Shown here: one piece after another, positions 39,304 through 46,269 of the stretch
Position numbering within the stretch: position 1 is the first letter of the stretch
Layout of the letters: each line of letters opens with the position of its first letter
Assembly: GCA_018897195.1 (NCBI GenBank)
Contig: JAHILH010000001.1
Span: 412,565-476,564 of the forward strand
DNA length: 64,000 bases
Direction of reading: 5' to 3'
Origin: Patescibacteria group bacterium
GTDB taxonomy: Bacteria > Patescibacteriota > Patescibacteriia > Patescibacteriales > UBA12075
The notes under the pieces: model-generated
What the model saw: the letters and a program-made list of their open reading frames with translations, nothing else
What the model was told of the DNA's origin: nothing
Database searches by the model: none
Translations under genes and position numbers: made by a program

Positions 39304-39606
39304 ATGAAATTAACTTGTTGTGATTTAGCTCAAAAAAAAATAAAACTTAAAACTGCTGTAAAATTTTTAAAGGTTATATCCGATGAGAATCGCCTAAATA
39401 TTTTACGCATTTTAAGAGACAAAGAATTAAGCGTCAGTGAAATCTGGCAATATTTAGACTTGTCACAAAATCTCGTTTCACATCATCTAAAAGTATTAAA
39501 AGATTTTGGCCTGGTCGATTCCCAAAAAAACGGCATGAAAGTTATTTATTCCTTAAACTTAAGCAATGCCAAAAGATATAAAGCTTTATTAATTAATTTT
39601 ATATAA
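39304..39606 (+). CDS. ArsR/SmtB-family transcriptional regulator
   Basis: ISDENRLNILRIL, ELSVSEI and SQNLVSHHLKVLKDFGLV. The ATG at 39304 avoids overlap with the upstream gene. Confidence 0.8.
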   Translation: MKLTCCDLAQKKIKLKTAVKFLKVISDENRLNILRILRDKELSVSEIWQYLDLSQNLVSHHLKVLKDFGLVDSQKNGMKVIYSLNLSNAKRYKALLINFI

Positions 39607-39658
39607 AAACCTACTCAATAATTAATCAATTGATAACACGGTTGCTAACCTAAAAAAT

Positions 39659-39979
39659 ATGTTAAAAGTTAATTCCGCTGAAATTTATAAATTTGCCGAC
39701 ATGGTCGGCTATCAAGACGGCTCGATTGTTAGTCGCGAGATTATCCAAAAACCAAGTGGCACTATTACTGTCTTTGCCTTTGGCGCTGGTCAAGGATTAA
39801 GTGAACACATTGCCCCCTTTGACGCACTCGTCTACATCCTCGATGGACAAGCCGAGGTTATGATTGACGGAAAAATGTCTGAAGTTGGTCAAGGTGAAAT
39901 GATAATTTTACCAGTCAATGTTATTCACGCCCTTAAAGCCGTTCAAAAATTTAAAATGGCCCTGATAATGATTCGCTAA
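39659..39979 (+). CDS. cupin-domain protein
   Basis: GLSEHIAPFDALVYILDGQAEVMIDG and the GEMIILPVNVIHAL cupin motifs. Confidence 0.7.
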   Translation: MLKVNSAEIYKFADMVGYQDGSIVSREIIQKPSGTITVFAFGAGQGLSEHIAPFDALVYILDGQAEVMIDGKMSEVGQGEMIILPVNVIHALKAVQKFKMALIMIR

Positions 39980-40072
39980 AAAAATATACCAATGACAACA
40001 AAAAAACCACTTTGAAATAATTACAAAGTGGTTTTTTATACGCCCCTAGACGGGGGTTCTTCTTGGTTCATG

Positions 40073-40351
40073 TTAGTATTGTTCGGTTATGTTTCCGTCA
40101 GTCTTGTTTACCAATTCATATCTCTTGAAAAGATAAACGCTAATAACAGTTCCTACAGCACAACCAGCCGCATAAATAAAGGCGATTCGCCAATTACTTA
40201 TGTCACCAACAATTTGCTGTAAAACATAATACCAAATAAGTACATTAACCATAGTGATTGCACCGGATGCCAAGACTTGAGTCTTTGTCACAACTTTTGT
40301 CCAAGCCGTCACTATCACCATTTCGATAACGCCGATAAAAAATAGTGTCAT
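40073..40351 (-). CDS. small membrane protein, UPF0316/DUF5698-like
   Basis: 3 TM helices. The pattern GVIEMVIVT...IWYYVL...IAFIYAAGCAVGT resembles the N-terminal membrane domain of UPF0316 proteins. Confidence 0.45.
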   Translation of the reverse strand: MTLFFIGVIEMVIVTAWTKVVTKTQVLASGAITMVNVLIWYYVLQQIVGDISNWRIAFIYAAGCAVGTVISVYLFKRYELVNKTDGNITEQY

Positions 40352-40562
40352 ATGGTTAAAACAGTTTAATTAAGTTTTTTTTATAAAAGTTCGACCTTTC
40401 TTTTATCAATAAACAAAAAACGTCCCAGGCCATTAAAGCTGAAACGCTTCTGATTAAGATATTTGCATTATAAAACATTTCCACGCTGTCGTCAATTTAT
40501 AAGTCAAGAAACCAAACAAAACTGCAAAATGTTGATATTATTTTACCAATATTAAATAAATA

Positions 40563-41534
40563 TTATTTCAAAATAAAATTGAAAAGATAACCAGTAAAAA
40601 TAATGCCCACCCCAACCGTGCTGGCAAAAATAACAATAAGTCTCGTCCTCATCACCTTTTTTAAAATCATAAATTCCGGCAAAGACAGAGCGGTCACCGC
40701 CATCATAAAAGCAAGGGTCGTGCCCATGCTTACACCCTTTTCAGTTAAGGCACTAACAAGCGGAATCACGCCAGCCGCGTTAGAGTACAGCGGAATACCA
40801 ATTAAAGTTGCCAAGGGCACGGCATACCACTTATCTGATCCGGCATATTGCGCTAGAAAATCTGTCGGCACATAGCCGTGAATCCAAGCCCCCAAACCAA
40901 TACCAATGATAATATACGGCCAAACTTTTTTAACAATATCAAGTGTATAATCCCAAGAGAACTCTCGTCGCTCCTTGGTGGTCATCTTCATCAGGGGCAT
41001 AACATTCGCCTGCGCTCTATTTTTGTTAATAAAATCTGCCAATAAATGCTCAACATTAAAAAAACCGATTGCCAGACCGGAAAAAATCGCGATCATCAGA
41101 CCACTAACAATATAAATCACTGCAATCTTCCAGCCAAACATCCCCATCAATAAAACCAAGGCCACTTCATTAATCATTGGCGATGATACTAGAAAAGAAA
41201 AAGTCACACCTAACGGCACGCCAGCTTCCACAAAACCAAGAAACAACGGCACAGCGCTACACGAACAAAAGGGCGTGATAATGCCAAACAAAGACGCCAA
41301 CACGTGACCGAAATATTTATTTTTGTGCGACAAAATGCCCCGGATCTTTTCTGGCGGTAAGTAGGTACGGAGAAACGACACGGCATAGATAATCACCACC
41401 AAGAGTAAAAAAACTTTAATAACATCAAAAATGAAATAATCGATTACTTCACCAACATGCGTTTCTGGATCAAGACTTAATAAACTGAATGAAATCCAAT
41501 CAGCTAATAATTGCACTGGATAAAAAATACTCAT
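40563..41534 (-). CDS. permease of the predicted-permease/ArsP-like family
   Basis: TPFCSCSAVPLF motif and about 8 TM helices. The ATG at 41534 is preferred (track start 41573) and removes the overlap with the upstream gene. Confidence 0.7.
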   Translation of the reverse strand: MSIFYPVQLLADWISFSLLSLDPETHVGEVIDYFIFDVIKVFLLLVVIIYAVSFLRTYLPPEKIRGILSHKNKYFGHVLASLFGIITPFCSCSAVPLFLGFVEAGVPLGVTFSFLVSSPMINEVALVLLMGMFGWKIAVIYIVSGLMIAIFSGLAIGFFNVEHLLADFINKNRAQANVMPLMKMTTKERREFSWDYTLDIVKKVWPYIIIGIGLGAWIHGYVPTDFLAQYAGSDKWYAVPLATLIGIPLYSNAAGVIPLVSALTEKGVSMGTTLAFMMAVTALSLPEFMILKKVMRTRLIVIFASTVGVGIIFTGYLFNFILK

Positions 41535-41538
41535 AAAT

Positions 41539-41832
41539 TTACCATCTATCATTGCCGCAAGCGCAAGTGCCAATACGGACGTCCGGCTTTTTCTTTTTAT
41601 TCGAACCCAGTAGCTCTTTTATTTTTTCCAAACTTGGAAATTGTCCAGCCGTAATCACCTTACCATCTATTACCAAAACCGGGCTCGACATCACACCCAA
41701 GGCGAGAATTTTTTCCATGTCATTTATATACTCAACTTCAACCTCGAGATTAAGTTCAATAGCCGCTTGCCTAGTGCGTTCATACAGTTTTTTACAGGTC
41801 GGACAACCAGTGCCCAAAACTTGAATGTTCAT
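41539..41832 (-). CDS. thioredoxin-fold protein (redox-active disulfide protein 2-like)
   Basis: MNIQVLGTGCPTCKKL with a CxxC motif. About 80-aa core, followed by a basic tail containing CAC. Confidence 0.75.
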   Translation of the reverse strand: MNIQVLGTGCPTCKKLYERTRQAAIELNLEVEVEYINDMEKILALGVMSSPVLVIDGKVITAGQFPSLEKIKELLGSNKKKKPDVRIGTCACGNDRW

Positions 41833-41836
41833 AGTT

Positions 41837-42145
41837 TTACTTGATTAATTTATTAAATAATAGCTTGTATTCTTTTAAGACTTTTTTATTAACGCTATAA
41901 CGAATAAAATTCCCCTCTCGCTTCTCAGTCACTAAACCGACTTTCTTCATCTGCCCCAGATGGTGCGAAGTTAATTTTTGCGAAATCCCAATATCAGCAA
42001 AAATATCCGAAACACATCGAGGTTTATCTTCAAGGATACACAAAATTCGAAGGCGATTCTTGTCAGCAATGATTTTCAAAAAATCATATACTCGACTCAC
42101 CTCTTTTTCTTCTGTCGTATTTTTTGTGCAACACTTGAACTCCAT
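41837..42145 (-). CDS. ArsR/SmtB-family transcriptional regulator
   Basis: IADKNRLRILCIL and SQKLTSHHLGQMKKVGLV. Confidence 0.8.
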   Translation of the reverse strand: MEFKCCTKNTTEEKEVSRVYDFLKIIADKNRLRILCILEDKPRCVSDIFADIGISQKLTSHHLGQMKKVGLVTEKREGNFIRYSVNKKVLKEYKLLFNKLIK

Positions 42146-42151
42146 AAAAAA

Positions 42152-42177
42152 ACTATACTAATTTATATTAGTATAGT
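42152..42177. promoter_or_regulatory. perfect 11-4-11 palindrome ACTATACTAAT-TTAT-ATTAGTATAGT, candidate ArsR operator
   Basis: Begins 6 nt upstream of the ArsR ATG. The half-site is 7/9 identical to the palindrome at 38468-38489. Confidence 0.5.
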
Positions 42178-42430
42178 AGCAAAATTATATTTAAGCGTCA
42201 AGTTGTTGTCAATCCATAATCCATATTTGAAAAAATTAGTTACTTGATATGTGCTTAATATATCAAGAATTAATCAATGAATCTGAATTTATATAAAAAA
42301 TCACTTCCTCAATTTTGTCTGAATATTACTAAATTCCAAACCGAAATATTTCATCATCTCAACAGCCGTTTAAAATGTCTGAATTATAAGTTGAGCTAGG
42401 AAAATTATATAACAAAGGTTAATTTGCAAA

Positions 42431-42463
42431 TAAAAAAGCCTTTTGGTTTCATCCAAAAGGCTT
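42431..42463 (-). terminator. rho-independent terminator
   Basis: Hairpin agccttttgg/ccaaaaggct followed by a T-run on the minus strand. Confidence 0.65.
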
Positions 42464-42549
42464 TATTAGTTTCGGAAAAAAATGCAGTTATTTGCAATAA
42501 AAAAATACTCCGCTTGAGTAAACTTATTGCAACTACCTTGTCCGCCTTA

Positions 42550-42792
42550 TTAATGAAAATCGGGATCAGCATCTTCATCGTCTTCGTGTTTAAGCCGCGC
42601 TTGAAGATTTTCCAAAATTACCGCTGGATCATCACTTTCTACGGCCATTTTTTTAAGCGATATGCCTACCCTTTCAAAATTACTCTCAATTGACTTGGGT
42701 CTCGGCCCCTCGATCATATGAAGCTCATATCCGAAGCGACCAGGCATAAAAACAACCTTTAATAAAGATAAACAGCTGACTCCATTATTCAT
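42550..42792 (-). CDS. hypothetical 80-aa acidic-tailed protein
   Basis: ATG at 42792 preceded by AAAGGAGG. The track start at 42846 is less likely. Confidence 0.45.
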   Translation of the reverse strand: MNNGVSCLSLLKVVFMPGRFGYELHMIEGPRPKSIESNFERVGISLKKMAVESDDPAVILENLQARLKHEDDEDADPDFH

Positions 42793-42926
42793 TTCGCGCC
42801 TCCTTTTTATTTTTAAAAAAGAACTACACCATTTATCAATATTCACAAAAAAAATACTGCAAATATCTTATTCACAGTATAGCATATTTTATTTACTATG
42901 TTTATACACCTAAACCAAGACGCATT

Positions 42927-43463
42927 CTAACCTCTTGCGAGGGACGTAATAACAAGTAAGCCAAAAGTATTTAGAAAAAATGACACCACGACAAACTGCC
43001 AACGCTTTATCTTGCTCAACCCCATTAGACTGATACCAATTTCATCTGGAAAGGGTGAGGCGATTATAACTGCGCCAATAATCGGCATTAGCCAAATAAA
43101 ATATTGTGAATTATAAACTCGCAAAAACAACGGTCTTTTAAAGAAACTAAAAAGGGGTTTTATTTCGTCAAAAAAGCCGTCTCTTAAAAAGCTGAAGATC
43201 AAAGCATCACCTATAACTGCACCCAGGCCGGCAAAGACGGCTACCTCCCAAGGATTTAATGTCTGGGCTAAATAATAAACAACCAAAGCGGATGGCACAA
43301 CTGTAAACGTTGAAACAAAAAAAACGCCGGCGATAAGGGCACCAAAATAACCCCATTCCCCTAACTTACCAACCACCTCTTTCATAAGAACTGAGTCTGC
43401 CGCAAAGTACAAAATTATTAAACTAAGTACGAGAAAAAACGTATTTTTATATTTCCATTTCAT
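42927..43463 (-). CDS. small polytopic membrane protein (DedA/VTT-like, tentative)
   Basis: 4-5 TM helices. GAVIGDALIFSFLRDG resembles the DedA-family motif. Confidence 0.4.
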   Translation of the reverse strand: MKWKYKNTFFLVLSLIILYFAADSVLMKEVVGKLGEWGYFGALIAGVFFVSTFTVVPSALVVYYLAQTLNPWEVAVFAGLGAVIGDALIFSFLRDGFFDEIKPLFSFFKRPLFLRVYNSQYFIWLMPIIGAVIIASPFPDEIGISLMGLSKIKRWQFVVVSFFLNTFGLLVITSLARG

Positions 43464-43765
43464 ATTTTAAGCTTTATTAAATAAACTTTTTATGCTACTA
43501 AAAAATTGAACCAACCTGTCACTTCACAATCAGCCACATGACAGTTTCAAATAACTCGCTAAATATATCAAACAAGAATATATATACATTTTAGCACACA
43601 TTGATCGTTTAAACAATTGTATTATAAACAAATTTAATCATCTTATAGCCTTCTCTGGATTAGCATCCCTCGCGTGTTCAGTAATGGCAATAAACTCATT
43701 TTTCATATTTTTTAATATTATTATTTTCTTTTATTATATCACAAATACCATTTCTCGTCAGATAA

Positions 43766-43792
43766 ATAAAAAGCGACCTTTAGCGGTCGCCT
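43766..43792 (-). terminator. terminator after the 63-aa gene
   Basis: Hairpin gcgacc/ggtcgc followed by a T-run on the minus strand. Confidence 0.6.
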
Positions 43793-43821
43793 TTGTTAAT
43801 TTTTTTTATGATATTCAATTT

Positions 43822-44013
43822 TTATTCAGCCGTTGTTTCCTTGCTGGATTGAGTTGCAGCTGCTGCTGCTTTACCAGCGGCTGAGATTGTCACCGTATCG
43901 CGATTATCCCGCGTAACCGGCCCTTGCTGTGCTTCCTTATCAGGACCCATTTGTTTTGCATAAGCATTTGTGACCAAACCGACTGTATTAGCAGCAATTA
44001 AACCCACATCCAT
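43822..44013 (-). CDS. 63-aa hypothetical protein, independent transcription unit
   Basis: AAAGGAG SD, the promoter at 44057-44085, and its own terminator. Sequence MDVGLIAANTVGLVTNAYAKQ...RDTVTISAAGKAAAAA. Confidence 0.55.
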   Translation of the reverse strand: MDVGLIAANTVGLVTNAYAKQMGPDKEAQQGPVTRDNRDTVTISAAGKAAAAATQSSKETTAE

Positions 44014-44056
44014 GGCAAATCTCCTTTAAGTTAACTTAATAATGAACGATTTTTAC

Positions 44057-44085
44057 ATCGTACTGTAATTTACAGCGATTGTCAA
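44057..44085 (-). promoter_or_regulatory. promoter TTGACA-17-TACGAT
   Basis: Minus-strand TTGACA at 44085-44080 and TACGAT at 44062-44057. Confidence 0.5.
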
Positions 44086-44178
44086 GCCATTACAAAATAG
44101 CTAATTCTAAATAAAGCATTTGTAAATGAAGATTATGTAATAAAAAAGCACAATTTTTACAATAAAATTGCGCAAAAA

Positions 44179-44210
44179 ATAAGGCTAAAATTTGCCTTAT
44201 TTTTTTTATA
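44179..44210 (-). terminator. terminator, AAGGCTAA family (copy 2)
   Basis: aaaaaataaggctaaaatttgccttatttttttt. Confidence 0.6.
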
Positions 44211-44239
44211 CATATAGCACTATACCAATTCTTACATCT

Positions 44240-44833
44240 TTATTTCTTCTCATTAATCATCTCCTTAATCAACTGCACAATCCCTTCTATGTCCAGACCA
44301 CTCCTCCAGAGAGCCAAAGTTTTTTCTCTGTATTTTTTATGAACATCCCACCCTGGTTCCCAGATATCAGAAAAAACATCCTGATTTATAACAGTAATCA
44401 CTTCCTTAATTTCCTCAAAATCATCATGACTACACCCTATTTTTTTACAAAAATCATAGTAATATTTTCTAAAAATATAGTGTGCCGATTCATGAACAAT
44501 AACTCCCTTAATCTTTTCGCGGTTTGTAAAATTCATTGAAATGGAAATATGTCCAGATGGATAACCATCCATTGAATACGGGCTCGTATTCACAAAACAC
44601 TTTACATCATTAGGGAATTCGATCTTATAAATCTTTTTAATACCCGCCATAAAATCATCACCCATTTCATCCCAAACCTCCCTATATAATACTGCTCTTT
44701 CCCGCGCCTTCACTGTACCCCTATCAGTTATATGATATTCCTGTGGAAAAAAATGACCAAAAAGCACACCAGCTTTTATTATTCGCTGCCAACACTCTTC
44801 ATCGATTTGTTTATTGTATGTAAAATTAAACAT
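44240..44833 (-). CDS. hypothetical HExxH-motif protein (possible zinc metallopeptidase)
   Basis: A single VIVHESAHYIF motif and no signal peptide. Lies immediately downstream of the rSAM-peptide cassette. Confidence 0.45.
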   Translation of the reverse strand: MFNFTYNKQIDEECWQRIIKAGVLFGHFFPQEYHITDRGTVKARERAVLYREVWDEMGDDFMAGIKKIYKIEFPNDVKCFVNTSPYSMDGYPSGHISISMNFTNREKIKGVIVHESAHYIFRKYYYDFCKKIGCSHDDFEEIKEVITVINQDVFSDIWEPGWDVHKKYREKTLALWRSGLDIEGIVQLIKEMINEKK

Positions 44834-44840
44834 ATTATTT

Positions 44841-44872
44841 AAAAAAGGGGCGCGTAATTTCTTACCGCCCCC
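44841..44872 (-). terminator. GC-rich terminator after the short peptide ORF
   Basis: Minus strand reads ggggcggtaagaaattacgcgcccc followed by tttttt. Confidence 0.6.
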
Positions 44873-44890
44873 ACGTTCACGCCCAAAGGC

Positions 44891-45031
44891 CTATTCTTCG
44901 CAATCGTCCCCGCCGCCCTCGCAAACGCAGATGTTTTCATCGTTGTGCAATGACTTGTGTCCGACTATCGGACTTGTAGGAGCTAATTGCTCCCCCTTAA
45001 ACAGTTTTTGATACAAGTCTTGTGCCTTCAT
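44891..45031 (-). CDS. unannotated 46-aa peptide, candidate RiPP precursor
   Basis: AAGGAGGAG then 6 nt then ATG. MKAQDLYQKLFKGEQLAPTSPIVGHKSLHNDENICVCEGGGDDCEE. An alternative in-frame ATG at 45049 overlaps the rSAM stop as TAATG. Confidence 0.55.
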   Translation of the reverse strand: MKAQDLYQKLFKGEQLAPTSPIVGHKSLHNDENICVCEGGGDDCEE

Positions 45032-45048
45032 TTCATACTCCTCCTTCA

Positions 45049-46071
45049 TTATTTATTGTTGCCAAGAAGCTCTGAAGCTTCCCGGTAAAGCCAATGGATT
45101 CTGCAGCCACCGCCACAGAATTTCCACTGAGAACAATTGACACACTTTTCATGCGGACAACTCGAAACTGCCGCATAAAAATCTCTAACATCTTCTTTTT
45201 TTCTAAAGAGCAAGAATTCTTCAGCCGTTTTAAAATCACCCCCCATTTCTCCAAGTGGGTTATCGCAAAATTGATTGCATGGTAACAATCGGCCTCTCGT
45301 GTCTAATATTATACCACTACCCCTAAACATTTGGCAACCGGAAATCAATTGTTTTTTATTCGCCAACTCATCAATAAAGGCAGGCGGAAAAAGACAGAAC
45401 GGCAGCGTAATTTTTACCGTGGTCTTCATTCCACAAGTATCTACCTTTGGGTAAATCTTGCAAAAGAAATCAGCCATTTCTTGCGGAGAAGCTGATCCAG
45501 AAAACTGTGCTTCGTTATTAAGGATAACCGGACGCTCCATATCAAGGGCAAGTCTTTTTGCTCCACTCTTGACTACAGCCCCCAACAACTCATCGAATTC
45601 ATTAAACATGCTCCCGCAAACTGTCACCGAAATCTTATGTGACACTCCTGACTCCTCTATGTTCGCGATTGCTTCCATAACATCATTAAAAACATCGACT
45701 CCGGTCAACCTACGATACTGCTCACCACTGCCAGCCTTAAACGATGTTGTAATTCCATCAATACCCGCCGTCAAGGCTGCCCGCAGAAACTGCTTATCCG
45801 CCAGTCTTACCGCATTTGTAACCAAAACAGGTCTCATGCCGGCTTCACGTATAAGACCAACAATCTCAAGAAATTGAGGATGAATCGTTGGTTCGCCACC
45901 AATCAATATAATGTTTTTTAGGGAAAGCTCCTTGAAAAGCTTTATTGCCTGAATAACTGTACCCAGGCTCATATCCTCCCTAGAAGAAAAATTCATCGTT
46001 CTCCCGTAACACCATTTGCAGCGCATATTGCACGCCCTATTTATTGTCAACCAAGCAGTCGTAAAATTCAC
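45049..46071 (-). CDS. radical SAM enzyme with C-terminal SPASM domain (peptide-maturase-like)
   Basis: CNMRCKWC, C-x13-G-x4-C and CVNCSQWKFCGGGC. The GTG start at 46071 has an AAGGAGGG SD. The track TTG start at 46113 lies upstream of the predicted TSS. Confidence 0.85.
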   Translation of the reverse strand: MNFTTAWLTINRACNMRCKWCYGRTMNFSSREDMSLGTVIQAIKLFKELSLKNIILIGGEPTIHPQFLEIVGLIREAGMRPVLVTNAVRLADKQFLRAALTAGIDGITTSFKAGSGEQYRRLTGVDVFNDVMEAIANIEESGVSHKISVTVCGSMFNEFDELLGAVVKSGAKRLALDMERPVILNNEAQFSGSASPQEMADFFCKIYPKVDTCGMKTTVKITLPFCLFPPAFIDELANKKQLISGCQMFRGSGIILDTRGRLLPCNQFCDNPLGEMGGDFKTAEEFLLFRKKEDVRDFYAAVSSCPHEKCVNCSQWKFCGGGCRIHWLYREASELLGNNK

Positions 46072-46117
46072 AGTACACCCTCCTTTTTTTATAATTTTAA
46101 AAGTACGAATCAATCAG

Positions 46118-46146
46118 AAATTACCATCCTTTACCAAGTATGTCAA
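46118..46146 (-). promoter_or_regulatory. promoter TTGACA-17-TAATTT for the rSAM cassette
   Basis: Minus-strand TTGACA at 46146-46141 and TAATTT at 46123-46118. Confidence 0.5.
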
Positions 46147-46184
46147 TAAAAAAAAGACAAAATTAACAGCTTCTTGCTGAACAT

Positions 46185-46216
46185 AAAAAAATGACTAATT
46201 TTAGCCATATTTTTTA
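46185..46216 (-). terminator. terminator, AAGGCTAA family (diverged copy 3)
   Basis: aaaaaaatgactaattttagccatatttttt. The stem keeps pairing with one G-U. Confidence 0.5.
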
Positions 46217-46269
46217 CATAATATTCCACCCCGACAAACGCTAGTGTTTATTCTGCATGAAAGTATTAT

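Noticed and set aside
44814-45254. Track ORFs 44814-45011 (plus strand, 65 aa) and 45033-45254 (minus strand, 73 aa) in the region downstream of the radical SAM gene.
   Set aside because: Neither has an SD. The minus-strand ORF lies inside the rSAM coding region in another frame. The 46-codon minus-strand ORF with a strong SD and a terminator explains the region better.
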